From NCBI RefSeq assembly GCF_006345805.1, contig NC_042999.1, forward strand, positions 123,938,001 to 124,002,000: a DNA stretch of 64,000 nucleotides, in the 5' to 3' direction. Positions within the stretch are counted from its first letter, which is position 1. Each line of letters starts with the position of its first letter. This DNA is from Octopus sinensis (Eukaryota). This document shows, piece by piece, positions 26,915 through 40,419 of the stretch. The position numbers were made by a program, and so were the translations under genes. The notes under the pieces were generated by a model. It did not search any database, had not been told where the DNA came from, and was given only the letters and a program-made list of their open reading frames with translations.

Positions 26915-27382
26915 CAAACACACACATGCACGCACACGCACATACACACCGACATACACATACAACATATTATATATATACACACATATGTGGATCACAA
27001 TGTCTTTGTTATAGGATGACTTGTATCTATGTATATTTAACACCATTCACCGTTGCCCTTCTCCTCTGTTAACATTACTCCTTCTCACACAATGTCACTC
27101 TTTTTTTGATAACCATACTTTCTTTTACTAACTCTATTGCTTTTCCTTATTTAATCTTTCCCAATCAGCCATTTTTTATTACTATTTTTCAATCCTTTAT
27201 TCTGTCTTTCTCTTATATTATTCCTGTTTCTAACATTCATTGTTGACATACATAACTCTTCTTCGTTTTTCATTTCTCCCTCTTATAATTATTCTTTCTT
27301 CCTTATCACTCTCTCCTCCCCTATCATAAGAGCTTTTCCTATTCAGTCTTCTTACCAACAACAATCACGTAGCAGTCTTACA

Positions 27383-27432
<50 letters not shown>

Positions 27433-27618
27433 TCATCCCTCACTTAATTAACCTTCTACTCCTGTCACTTTGTAATTAGGACTCTTTAGTCTCAGCAAAG
27501 ATATGATAACTTCTCCAGGGTTAGTGGTAAAATAAATTGCAATCGCTAGCTTCTTTAAAGAGATTGGTATTTGGAAACACATATATTTATATATACATAA
27601 CCACATACATAATATATA

Positions 27619-28330
27619 TACGAGGTGGAATCAAAATGTTCCTGGACTAGTTATATTTAATAAAAAAAAATAACTTATTTACCTAAGTTTTAACATCATC
27701 TTCTTCAAAATAGTCACCTTGCATAGCAATACACCAGTACCAGTGTTCTTGCCACTTTTGGTATACAGCCTGAAAGTTGTTTTCCATAAGCAAGTCGAGG
27801 ACCTTCTGTGAGTCATTCTGAATTTCAATAATGGTGTTAAAACAACAACCTTTGAGCTGCATTTTCATCTTGGAGAAGAGATGGAAGTCTGTGGGTGCTA
27901 AATCTGGTGAATAGGGCAGGTGTGGAAGTGATACCATGTTGTTTTTGGTGATAAACTTACAAGTGAGGAGATCTCATTGACAAGGTGCATTATTATCATG
28001 AAGAATTCATTTCTTTGCGCTCCACAGGTCTGGTTGCTTTCACCAAATGTCCTCCCTCAAATGCTTCAAAACATCATAGTAGAACTCTTCATTGATGGTC
28101 TGGCTCTGGGGGATAAATCCTTGATGCACAATACCACATTTCTGGGGTTGACACTCATGGAAAGTCTTCCAGATCATTTATCATCTTCCATGGAAGTTCT
28201 TCAGTTTTTGAAACACCCATGCCACTCAAAACATCACATACAGCCCATCGTCTCATTGCTGTAAGCTTGCTGAAATATATTCAATTTCTCTGTAGCAAAC
28301 TTTTCAAGTTTAACACAAAATTTCACATTG
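27619..28330 (-). mobile_element. mariner (DD34D) internal-deletion derivative
   Basis: End TA-CGAGGTGGAATCAAAATGTTCCTGGACTAG. C-terminal PHLPYSPDLAPTDFHLF. The N-terminal KFCVKL-type HTH is fused directly to GIVH. Confidence 0.85.
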
Positions 28331-28827
28331 GCTCTTTATTCCTGTCTATGACAAAATCACAGACATAGAAATCAAATGTGTCGTTCATAACCACTAAGAA
28401 CTGCATTTTTATATGTAAACTGCAAATAATACTTTCACTGTTGTGTGCAAAGCTTTGTCAAGCTGGAATTAATCAACTAAAGGCATATTAAGCAGTGTTA
28501 ATTAGAACTTAAAGCTACATACATTTATATTTAACATGTTCATGTACACTAAAATGTGAACAGACCTTCACTGCAGCAACTGTTTCAGAAGAGAAATTCT
28601 CCTTATAGACACTGAGCTAGGCTATGAATAGCATTGGAATATGACCAGTATGATACTGGGAAGATCATCCTCATTATTTAGCACCTGCTTTCCATGCTGG
28701 CATGAGTGAACCAGATCATAGATCAAATGAGTATTTTATACATGTGTTGGGTAGAAATATTTGTTTATTAGCAAAAGGTACTTTAGAGAGGAGAGCTCTT
28801 TTGCTCTGTTGTTTTACAGGCGAACTG

Positions 28828-28887
<60 letters not shown>

Positions 28888-28895
28888 TAATAATA
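28828..28895. repeat. (TAA)n microsatellite
   Basis: Seen directly. Representative of dozens of (TA)n, (CA)n, (GA)n, (TACA)n and (TAA)n tracts in the window. Confidence 0.97.
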
Positions 28896-29611
28896 ATATA
28901 ATATATATATATAATACATATATCGTAATTATCACACATATACATATATATTAATATGTACTTACATATATGCACACATGCACACAAACACACACAAATT
29001 CTCATGTACAAACATGTATATATGTTTGAATGTATATTTGAGTATGCAAGAAATCTATAATGTATATACAAATATATTGTAGTTTCCTATAAAGTAGCTG
29101 CTAGCCAAAAATCGTGTTTACACTAAAGAGACTAAGCACATGCACATACAGACACATATTAATATGGCTTTGTATAATTTTACCTAAACAGGATAATTAG
29201 CAGTAGAATACTTTGAGGTCATTTAGTGAAATACCTAGAAGTCACAAACTTATAATCTCACATTTCAAATAACGTTTTTAACTCTTGCCATCACAATGGT
29301 TTATTTCTCTGAGGCCTTAGCAACTGATATCAGTTAATTCAAGTACCTTCCAGAAATTAAAAGGAACTGAATAATATCAATATTTATATGAAAACATTTG
29401 AATGTCATATAAATCAAATCCGACTGTATAGCTATATTTGCATTTAATTTCATGAAGAAAATTAATAATAAGTAAAATGTCAATTAAAATTTTTTCCTCA
29501 TAACTTGATATCTGTCATTTTCAGATTCTCACAATAAACTATCATTATATATGTATATACTTTATGTGTGTATGTATATATATACATATGTATATAATTT
29601 ATGTGTGTGTG

Positions 29612-29715
<104 letters not shown>

Positions 29716-30349
29716 TGTATACACACACATTCACACACACTCACACATGCATATGTAAGCATCCTTGTAGGCTTGCATATATGTACATATATTTGCACAG
29801 ATGCATATATGCATGCAAGTATGGTAAATCTAAAAAAAAATATGTCCAGGTAAATGAATAAAATTCTAATAGAGAAATTTGTTTTTGTTTTTCTTTTTTT
29901 ATTTGGCTCATCCATTTTCTATTCATTCTCTATAACCTATATTTGAGTGAGCGTTTAGTTCTACAATATCACCCAAGTAAAAGAATTGCATGTTATTTTA
30001 GGAGAAAATATTCACTAAGCTGGTGCTATTCAATTCTTACTTTCTCTGTATTTTTGAACTATTTCTTCAAGTGCAACAACTGATATTTAATTTTATTTGC
30101 ATTGGAGTATTAGATATTCAGTTGAATATTATAGCTGATGGCTAAGCTGAAGCATGTTCTTTCCATTTCAACAACTACTACTATCACAACCACAGCAGCT
30201 TTTCTTGCTGCTGTTGCTGCTGCTAGTGCTGCCTGTGTAACAACTGCCTGCTATCATAGCCAACAATGATAGAGCTATCTTTACTAATGCAAATGCTACT
30301 ATAACTATTACTTCAACAGCTGCATTTGCAGATGCAGAAGAAACAGTTC

Positions 30350-30397
<48 letters not shown>

Positions 30398-30449
30398 GTA
30401 ATAATAATAATGATGATGATGATGATGATACTAATAATCCTTTTACTGG

Positions 30450-30625
30450 AAGCACAAGACCTCAATTTGGGAGAAAGGATTAAGTCGATTACATCAACCC
30501 CAGTGCATAACTGGTACTAATTTTATCGACCGTGAAAGGTTGAAAGGCAAAGTTGACTTTGGCGGAATTTGAACTCAGAACATAACGACGGCTGAAATAC
30601 TGCTAAGCATTTCACCTGGCATGCT
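30450..30625 (+). mobile_element. SINE 3' module
   Basis: GCACAAGACCTCAATTTGGG...GAATTTGAACTCAGAAC, homologous to 31020-31205. Confidence 0.75.
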
Positions 30626-30995
30626 GTGAAGCCAGAAGGCTGCATCAGGCCCAGTCTGATCTGGCCGTGTTTTTACGGCTGGATGCCCTTCCTAACGCCA
30701 ACCACTCCGTGAGTGTAGTGGATGCTTTTTACGTGCCACCCGCACAGGTGCCAGACGGAGCTGGCAAACAGCCACAGACGGATGGTGCTTTTTACGTGCC
30801 ACCGGCACGGGGAGCCAGGCGAGGCTGGCAATGGCCACGAACGGATGGTGGTTTTACGTGCCACTGGCACGGGGGCCAGGCGAGGCTGGCAATGGCCACG
30901 AATGGATGGTGCTACGTGCCACCAGCATGGGGGCCAGGCGAGGCTGGCAACGGCCACGAACGGATGGTGCTTTTTACGTGCCACCGGCACAATGA
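30626..30995 (-). mobile_element. RTE-type 3' end with about 4.5 tandem ~60-bp units
   Basis: Units (GATGGTGCTTTTTACGTGCCACCGGCACGG...GCCAGGCGAGGCTGGC) start at about 30720, 30781, 30844, 30905 and 30963. Confidence 0.85.
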
Positions 30996-31019
30996 TAATA
31001 ATAATAATAATTCTTTCTA

Positions 31020-31205
31020 CTATAGGCACAAGGCATGGAATTTTGAAGGAAGGAGCTTGTCAATTACATTGATCTCAGTGCGTAACTGGTACTTATTTCA
31101 TCAACCCCAAAAGGAAGAAAGACAAAGTTGATCTTCGTGGAATTTGAACTCAGAATGTTAAGATGAAGGAAATGTCACAAAGTAATTCTGCCAGCTTGCC
31201 GCTCT
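31020..31205 (+). mobile_element. SINE 3' module
   Basis: AGGCACAAGGCATGGAATTTTG...TTCTGCCAGCTTGCCGC. Confidence 0.75.
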
Positions 31206-31212
31206 TATAATA

Positions 31213-31259
<47 letters not shown>

Positions 31260-31278
31260 AATGATGATGATGATGATG

Positions 31279-32125
31279 ATGATGATGATGTTAATGATAC
31301 AGACCATCAAAGCTAATAAACTAAATATTTTTGTGAAAGACCAAAACAATAAAGCCTGTTTATTGATTGACATGAGCAAACCCTGTGACCATAATATCTT
31401 GGCAAAAGAATTTGATAAGCTCAGAAAATATAAAGATTTGCTAATCGAAATTGAAAAGATGTAGCATCTGGAGACATTTACCAGTGATTATAGGAGCACT
31501 TGGAATGATCAAAAAAGGAATTGAAAATTATTTAAGAATGATCTCTGGCTTGCCATTCGTGCAGGGAGTGCATGATTGTCTTAACTGGTACATCACACAC
31601 ATTGAGAAGAGCATTGCTGTGAATTTTCTTTCCTTTTTCCCCTTTATTTTCTTTACTCTTTTTACTCTTTTACTTGTTTCAGTAATTTCACTGCGGCAAT
31701 GCTGGAGCACCGCCTTTAGTCAAGCGAATCGACCCTAGGACTTATTCTTTGTAAGCCTAGTACTTATTCTATCAATCTCTTTTGCCGAACCGCTAAGTTA
31801 CGGGGACCTAAACACACCAGCATCAGTTGTCAAGCAATGTTGGAAGGACAAACACAGACACACAAACACACATGCATACATATATATATACATATATACG
31901 ACGGGCTTCTTTCAGTTTCCGTCTACCAAATCCACTCACAAGGCTTTGATCGGCCCGAGGCTACAGTAGGGTTAGGGTTATCACATGACTTTGTAAATGA
32001 ACAGCCTGGTGTGTATATTTTAATGCCTACCAATGTATTCAGTGCATTCCTCTGCCCTAGATGGAAGACACTTGGCAAGGAAAGGAAAAAGGATTGAGAG
32101 AAGATGATAATGAAAACAATAATGA
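31279..32125 (+). mobile_element. 5'-truncated R4/Dong 3' fragment, interrupted by a SINE
   Basis: QTIKANKLNIFVKDQNNKACLLIDMSKPCDHNILAKEFDKLRKYKDLLIEIEKM closely matches the C-terminus of 57206-59914. The 3' UTR (GCCTACCAATGTAT, GGAAGACACTTGGCAAG) resumes at about 31990 after the SINE. Confidence 0.85.
31655..31968 (-). mobile_element. tRNA-derived SINE (5'-truncated) inserted in the R4/Dong 3' UTR
   Basis: Same family as 25052-25440. Confidence 0.88.
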
Positions 32126-33214
32126 TAATAATAACCCTTTGTATTATAGATACAAGGCCTGAAATTTTGGAGGAGGGGTCTAGTTGATTACATTAACCCC
32201 AGTGCTGTGCACTACTGGTTTCCTGCTTTTGTTTCTGCATTGACAATGGGGAACAGATCTGGAATTACTCTGTGGTTTGGAGGAAAGAGTCTTGTATACT
32301 TATAAGTCCATCCTGATACCCTCTAACCCTATGTCATTTCTTACCACTTCAGCTCTCCAGCCTGCTCACATCGCACTTCAAACATAACAAGACGCCAAAT
32401 GTCAACATCAAAGTCCTTGGCTGTCATACTTGTTACTGCATAGACCTACGTATTACCTATGTATTGTGGTATGAGCTGGTAGGTTGTGACACACTAAACC
32501 ATTCTGTCATCTTACCTTGTCCTCAATGCTGAAAACTAAGCAGACATTGTTCCAGTTGATATAAACCATATCTCTTCACCATCAGCCAAAGCTTACAGTG
32601 ACTATTCCTTTGAAAGGTACTCACAAGCAGCCTTCATTTTTAGCAAAACAAAATCAGGTTACCCTCCTGTTTGCCTTCTCCATGTTCCTTGGGAAAGTCA
32701 GTACTGTCTTCTGTAACATGCTTCTGCATGTTTTCTTTTTTTGAGTCAAACTATGTCCAAACATTATGTTTGTCATTTGCTACACCAGTAAAACTCACAT
32801 TATTGATGTTTTTAACAAATTCATGATAACATTTTCTGTATGTAATGTTTGCTGTCACAGTTTGTTCAGTGTTGTTAGCTTTCTTTTTTTTTTTTTTAAA
32901 TCTGTGTTAATATATTTGGAAATACTTGTATTTCAGGTACATATCCGTATATATTAGTACAACTACTAGAGCAGGGAAGCACTTCTTTCCACTTTTCCAT
33001 AAGATGAATTCATCTTGTATTTATAGTAAATACTGCATACAAAATATACAAAAAGGCAAAAAATGTTCAAAATAAGACCTATTTTTTCCACCCCAGGGTA
33101 AACAAGGTGAATATCAAATATTCTACATTTTTCTTATCAGTAAAATATCCCAAAAGAATATTTTTTTTTCCATCAAGTACAAATGTGGTAACGAAAACCC
33201 ATAGAGAGAACAAA

Positions 33215-34790
33215 GTGAATACCTCCACTCATGCCAAAACACAATAACAACAATAAAGAATGATTTCAAGTTGTATGTTGCAGTTGATAAACAAGTAGAA
33301 ACACAACTGTGGACAGTATGTGGATTTACCAAGGAAAGTGATATGAGATTCAGATTAGGAGAATGCTCAAAGGCAATCTTGAACAGAGGAAAATTAATTA
33401 GGAACACTAATGTCATGCCAGATAAAGAATTTGAGATAAGAGAATTAAAGCAAACAGACATACAAATAGTTAGGAACCAATGAACTAGAGAGTGCACAAC
33501 ATACATAATTGTAAGCAGAGATTAGAAAGGAACAGAGACACTTTAGATGAATACTTAAAACAGCTAAATGCAAAAAGAACAAAAACAAAGAAACTAAGAA
33601 ATAGGTATCAATACTCTATCTGTCCCAGTAATAAGTTATAATTATAATTTTCCCAATAAGACACTGAATGAACTAAGAAGACCAGACTGGAAAATAATGA
33701 CACATTTAGAATACATCACTCAAATTACTAAATAGGAAGCTGGGGCTTTATGCATTGGAAAAATATTATAAAATATCCACTGGGAAACTACAAAAATGTC
33801 TAAAGGTGAATAATCATCATCATCATCATTTAACGTCTGCTTTCCATGCTTGCATGGGTAGGACGATTTGACTGAGGACTGGCAAACCAGATGGCTGCAC
33901 CAGGCTCCAATCTGATCTGGCAGAGTTTTTCTACAGCTGGATGCCCTTCCTAACACCAACCACTCCAAGAGTGTAGTGGGTGCTTTTACATGCCACCGGC
34001 ACGAGGGTCAGTCTGGCAGTACTGGTTAATGCAAATAGTTATGAAACACAAAGAAAATAAAAAATCTGCTTTCTCTCTTTAAAGAAGCAAATATGAAACA
34101 AATGCTGAAATGACAGACAGTAATGAAGTGGAAAGCGAAAGAACAGAAATTGTGATAAAACGAAAATCTAAACTGAAAATAGAGCCACAATGTGCCATGA
34201 TAAAGCAATGGCAAGAAAAGTCCCTACATAGTGAACACTTAAAAAGACTAAGTGAGATAGAAGTAGATGAAGTAAAACATAATAATGGCTAAGATACACA
34301 GGACTCAAAGCTGAAACTGAAAGCTTTTGATTGTAGCACAGGATCAAAACTTTCTGACTAGAAAACACCAAAGCCTGTAAGAAAGCAAAATGTGGTAGAG
34401 ATAGAGAAGAAACAATTATACACATAACCTATGGTTGTTCAGTCTTAACCACAGGCATCTACAGGCATCACAGAGTTGTAACATACATAAGCTGAAAAAT
34501 ATCTGGCACAGTCAAATACCAACGAAAATATGAAAGATATAGACATACATCAGAAAATGTCTCAAAGAATAAGAAAGTGACCATACCCTGGGATATGCTA
34601 ATACACACAGACAGAAAGCTTATGATTAATTGACCAGATATTGTTGTGAAGGGCCACCCAGTAAAATATTTCCTAAGTGGCATATCATATCCAACAGATT
34701 GGCAATATATTTCTCGAAGAAATGAAGGAATTATCCAAATATTAAGATCTGGAAATAGAGATAACTTGAATGTGGAACTTTTACAGTTGC
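33215..34790 (+). mobile_element. Old degraded R4/Dong-type retrotransposon
   Basis: Relic motifs DMRFRLGECSKA (cf. GMEFGLEKCAKA), WQEKSLHSEH, GLKAETE, AQDQ, and WD..IHTDR...PDIVV. Interrupted by an RTE-tail insertion at about 33820-34025. Confidence 0.75.
33820..34025 (-). mobile_element. RTE-type 3' end nested in the R4/Dong relic
   Basis: CATCATCATTTAACGTC...GGATGCCCTTCCTAACACCAACCACTCC. Confidence 0.85.
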
Positions 34791-37676
34791 AGAGAAAATG
34801 GTTTGCATTGTTTAGTTATGAAGCCTTATAATCTGAGTTCAACTGTCATATTCAAAAGTGTTTCCTGCTTCATGGTTGAAAACACCATTAATTATGTCAT
34901 CTCTATTAAATGAAATTCAATAAAAGTGCAAAGAGTATGCTTTTCATCTAAGCTATAGGTTACTGCCCTTGGTCTTTCTCAGAGCCTCCAAGACTGGTGA
35001 TTCATAGATTATCTTTAAACTGGAAACCAGCTCTAAGTGCTTGGAACAGCCTCAACTCTGCTCAAAGATCCTAAGAGCCAACTGTAAAACAGATTAATCA
35101 TTTAATATTTTTCCCTCAAGTCACTCACTTTAAGGGAACCAATGAAATTTAAGTTCTTTTTCATTCTTGTACACACTCTTGGGCACTCTCCTGATGCTGT
35201 TTTTCAATTTCAGTTTGTTTTGTTTTATATTGGGGGTTGTCTACTCTCCTTTTCTTTCAGAGATGGAGGGCTTTATGGAACTCTTCTTAGCTTAATATCA
35301 TTTATATTGAACAATTCAAAGAAGAAAACTTACACACGTCATCTGGTCATTATTCAAATCAATACCGATTGAGCAGACTTATACAATTAAAGATATTTTA
35401 AGTGTGACCATAATATCTTTTATGTATCTAGCAGTACATTATCCATTATATTTTTCTTTTATTAATAATTCAGAGGTCTGTCTGCTATTCTGGCAAGTTG
35501 AAGTCCATGTGGGAAATCTTTTATTGGTTTATGAAGGCCCTCTGATGGAAAGCCACCATATTTTGCTGGACATGTTATTTTATTATGTGGGAGAATAATT
35601 TGATAAGCCAAGTCAAAAACTTTCTCCCAGGAGAATAGCATACTACTATTTACATTCCCACAATAATTAAGGCAGAAGTTCAGGGCTTCTGTTGTGTATA
35701 AGTTGAGAAATATGTTCTCAAGAAGAGATTGCTAGGCAGAGTCTTGTGGTGTAATTTAGGGATCTGCATCAAAACCCTCCAATTATTTCTCTAGTACTCA
35801 ATATCTACAGAAATTGAAAATCAGTATCCTACCTTGTCATTTAGGAAACATGATTAGAAGTATTCCAAAATTCTTCCCTCTTTACAAAGTATTTCAAAGA
35901 GCAAGCTTCTTTTCCCTTTTCTTTTCTATTCTGTTGTGTGACAATTTAAAAAATTTCTCATATTCTTTGGTTGTGCTGCTCGTGATGGTGGTGGTGGTGG
36001 CATTGAAGACAGACAACAGCAATGGTTCTGGTGGCAGTAGCTCTGGTGGTGTTGGCAGTTGGAGGAGTTCTGGTGGAATTGGGGGTGATTCTTGTGGTTG
36101 TTTTGGTAGTGGCAATTCTAGTGACTTTGATATTTTATTATCACCTTAATTATATTAATTAGTACAAGTCCACATATATGTAGAAGTGGATGATTGGTAT
36201 TTTTATTATCAGTCCCAGAAAGTTGATAAAATAAGTAGCAGACCTGTGCTAAGATTGAATTAATTAGCTATAGCCCTCATCACTCTCTTTCAGTATTCAC
36301 TTAATGGAAGGAATCAATAATGATAACAATGATGTTATTGTTATGAAGCTCCAGGTCAGCCTGATCGAGAGACATTTGCAGTTGGTAGGTTGGCAGGAAC
36401 AACCAGCAAGGCAACGAATTGTTTGCTCAATTGCCCATCACCTCATCAATGTGTATTCACTGTCATGACAGAATCCTTTCCTTTCATCACTACATGAAGC
36501 ATGTAACAGAGCAGAGATCATTCAAAAACAGTCTCCTCTATCTTGCATCAACAGGGTGCCTAGCTGATCTAATCAAAGGGACACATCATAACTGAACTGA
36601 AAGCATGTGCACTTTTGTTTCACGCATAAACATAAGAGAAAGAGTGATGAGGATAATGATAGTGGTGATTTTTTTTCTTGTGGCTTCAGATGAGAATATA
36701 ACAAGTGAGAAATGCTATGAATTTAAGTAAATGAATGATAACAGAAGTTTCATATAATCATTTCTTTAATTATACAATTTTCTCAATTCCATTATTATGA
36801 AATAATTTCACAAAGATAGTGAGTTATATCACCTGAATATCACACCCGAATTTCCTCTGTTTATGAATGTTTGTAATTTATAGATAGATTAGCAATAGAA
36901 GTAATAGAAATGTTAAGCTAAAGAATCAGTGGTCAGTTTAGAGATAAGAGGTATCAGGTTAGTGACTACTTAACACCAAAAGTTGTGCTATTAATATAAT
37001 CAAAGCAAACATTAAGATGAACAGTCTTCAAAGCGATAAAATTTATGGCTTGAAAAGGAAACTGAAAATTGTAAAAGGATTTTGGAAAATCAATGTGCGT
37101 TAGGTTTACTTACTAAAGAACAATTGGAGATCCTGTAGAGTTGCCTGTTTCATTCTAGTGCGAAAAAAAATGTTAGTAAATAATAATATTGATGACAATA
37201 AGGTGGGAGAGAGTGAAAAAAACCAACAAAATAATAAAATGAGAAGAATGATAAAGAAGAGATACAGTAGACTAGTGAAGAAAATAGTAGCTTCTTAAGT
37301 TGTAGATCATGTTCATTTTGAGTCATAAGCATTACACTGTGTCATTAAGCAAATCAATCTACCTAGTAGGAAATTAAGTACAAAAATTCTTTGATTTGAA
37401 TGTGATTTTTCAAGATCAAAGAGACTCTAAAAACATCTTTTGAGAAATGACATAATCACAATCAAAATGTTGAGATATGAGATCAGTGAAAAAGTGGGAA
37501 GAACTAATTTTTCTTGATGTACAAAGTAGTTTCTTAAATAGACATCATATTTTACTATGAGCCTAATTTTAGGCTATGTCACACGACTTAATTTAAGAAA
37601 GTATTATTTATAAATCACTAATTCAGATGAGAAATGTCATACCAATCACAGTTACCAGCATATTACCAGTAATATT

Positions 37677-37808
37677 AGTTTCAAATTTAGGCACAGGGCC
37701 AACAATTTAGTGGAGGAAGTAAGTTGACTATAGTGACCCCAGTGCTCAAATGGTACTTATTTTATCAACCCTGAAAGGATGAAAGGCAAAGTTAACCACT
37801 GCAGAAAT
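37677..37808 (+). mobile_element. SINE 3' module flanked by a 17-bp direct repeat
   Basis: ATATTACCAGTAATATT at 37660-37676 and 37809-37825. Confidence 0.65.
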
Positions 37809-39855
37809 ATATTACCAGTAATATTTGCAACCAATATAAGACATTATAAGCAACACTGAAGTGAGTTGGAACATCTTGCTATGTAGGACGTTAGTAAAAT
37901 AGCCATTCCTGCTAGTGCTAAGTGATTGAAATTGTCTCATAACGATAAAATATCTACATTTGAAATAGCTGAAAAAGAGTTATAGTAACTGATTAGAGAA
38001 GAGAGGGGGACAAGTATTCTGTGGTATAGCTGATAAAGCAGTTAATTGGCAAGCAACAGAAGCATAGTATTTGTCCTGCAAGCAGGCTTATTATTTTGTC
38101 TTAGATTAGTGCTTATAATAACTTAAAATCTTAGCAGTTAATTCATAATCATTTGAACATTAACTGAAACTACCATGCCATATTAGCTGTGGTCATCTAC
38201 ACAGACTTCAATTATAAATGAACAGATTGTCAGCTACCTGACAACTACATAACAAAACAAACAGAGAATGTATTGGAAATTTAAATAAAAGAAATCACAA
38301 TAATCTGAAGATCTGCAAGTAGGTAGTGAACCATTTCTCTTCATCCACTTATGAATGCCATCCTTTCTGTGTTTACTCCTGTATAATGACAATTCTGTTG
38401 TGAAAAATGGAAATTTATTAACCATTCAAAAAAAGTAAAATTGTAAAGCTTAATTTATATTAACCCAGACATATTAAATATTGATAGTCATTAAAAGAAT
38501 ACAACTAATTGAAACCAATACATAGATCAATAATAACCTACATGGTGCTTAAACAAGGAAAATTATTTCAGAGAAATTGAAATGTTGAAATGTCATAAAG
38601 TTTATAGTGAATGCAATTCTAGTAAATAAATTGAACATATTCAGTGCAAACATTGTCTATTCACTTTGAGGAGAAAATATCACACAATCAAAGTCCAACT
38701 AAATACCAGTTAGCTGTAGAAAGAAGGGGCATAAAAGCACATTAAAATCCTTTTATTTCTGTCTATCATTTGTAGTGAAAGAGAAAGTTGTCCCAAATGA
38801 TAAAATTTATCAGATAAATTTACTTATATGCACAAATATAGTAATAAAACAAAGGGGGTTTGAATTACACAATTCACTCACTATTTAATAATTTGATTAA
38901 TATAGAAGCCACTTGAGTGACTGTACAACTGAATAATAAAAAAAATTAATCTTTATAAAAGGATTGATTTATGGGAATATATCTCAGTTTATTATATATT
39001 GGTCTATGTTCATATATCATTGTTGCATAACTTTTTGTTTAATGTCATTCAAACACATCCATCTCCTGTGTAAATTCCCCTACATTTAAAAACATGTTTT
39101 CAACATCAAGACATACTCATAATAGATCAAGTGAGAATGGCTTTTCCCTTCATTAACAATGATATAAGCTAGTACTATGTTGACATTTCCTGATGTGTGT
39201 GGTTGGTAATATGATTGTTATAGCTGACTAATGTTGAAGAATAAGAGGTAAGACCAATATAAAGTTTGTGAGCTAGTTTTGGTTCCTGGTCACAGATTTT
39301 TCATTTCGTTATTCTACAAAATATCTTTTGTTAATGTATGAATAAGAAATTTTACCTTCCAATTTCTCTGAAGTTTATTTCTGCTAACACCCATTGATAA
39401 TTTCTGATGGCCATAAAATCTCAAGCAATAAACTTTATTTACTGCACTAGTAAATATGTAAATAAATATTATTTTGTTTATGTTATACACAATTATTACT
39501 TGATTTTTGGAATTATATATACTTGTGTGTATGTATGTATGTGTGTGTGTGGATAGATAGATGGATACATACATACATACATACATACATACATACATAC
39601 ATACATACATACATACACACACACATACATGCATACAGACAGACACCGCTAAATTGAGTTTAATTTTATTAATTGCTATAAAGATATGTGCAATGCTGAA
39701 AGTTATGCCAGAGAGGATATTTGGAGGATTTACTTCTTCAGTGCTGCCCATGTCAACTGTCTTCAGAATCACTGATGACAAAACACTGTTGCTGCTGTAG
39801 AGTTTCTACATATATATTTGGTATCTTTGTGAAGAATAATACTTTCATTGCTCAC

Positions 39856-39896
39856 CAAACAGAGAGATGCAACAGTGGCCCTATGCTTTTTTGCAA
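39856..39896 (-). CDS. Candidate 41-nt exon
   Basis: ccctctgttttctattcag|...TTG|gtgagc. Open as (V)AKKHRATVASLCL (phase 1-0) or LQKSIGPLLHLSV (phase 0-2). Confidence 0.4.
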
Positions 39897-40043
39897 CTGA
39901 ATAGAAAACAGAGGGTGCATCTAATTTTTGCAATGGTTCAGTCTTCTTCGGTGTCCCTTTAATTATTAATGAAAGACCTCATAAAGCTCTGAAGATAAAC
40001 GGATGGATGGATGGACGGTTGCAAGCATGTGTGTGTATATATA

Positions 40044-40085
<42 letters not shown>

Positions 40086-40136
40086 AAAAAAAAAAGTCAA
40101 GATAGAAAAAGCTAAAATAATTTTATAAAATCATTT

Positions 40137-40172
40137 CAGTACCGGTTTCAGTCATTGTGACTTTTTCAACTG
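40137..40172 (-). ncRNA. Minimal hammerhead-like motif, U3-A8 core variant
   Basis: CAG-TTGAAAA-AGTCA(CAA)TGACT-GAAACCGGTA-CTG: 3-bp stem I, 5-bp stem II, palindromic ACCGGU stem III, GUA triplet. Confidence 0.55.
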
Positions 40173-40220
40173 TATCAATTAAACAATTGAATTTAGAAAA
40201 AATTTTTAAAAAGTTTTTTT

Positions 40221-40254
40221 GTTGAAAAAGTCACAATGACTGAAACCGGTACTG
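40221..40254 (+). ncRNA. Second copy of the U3-A8 hammerhead-like motif (stem I weakened)
   Basis: G-TTGAAAA-AGTCA(CAA)TGACT-GAAACCGGTA-CTG. The 5' strand of stem I is replaced by a T-run. Confidence 0.4.
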
Positions 40255-40343
40255 AAATGTTTTTTATAAAATTATTTTAGCATTTTCTATCTTGACTTTT
40301 TTTCCAAATATATCAACTCGTGTGTTCCTTTTCATCCTTATAT

Positions 40344-40419
<76 letters not shown>

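Larger units (their letters stand above)
40084..40305. repeat. Foldback: ~86-bp inverted arms with a 50-bp spacer, each arm carrying a hammerhead-like motif
   Basis: 40084-40170 is a near-perfect reverse complement of 40221-40305. Flanked by TA repeats. Confidence 0.92.
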
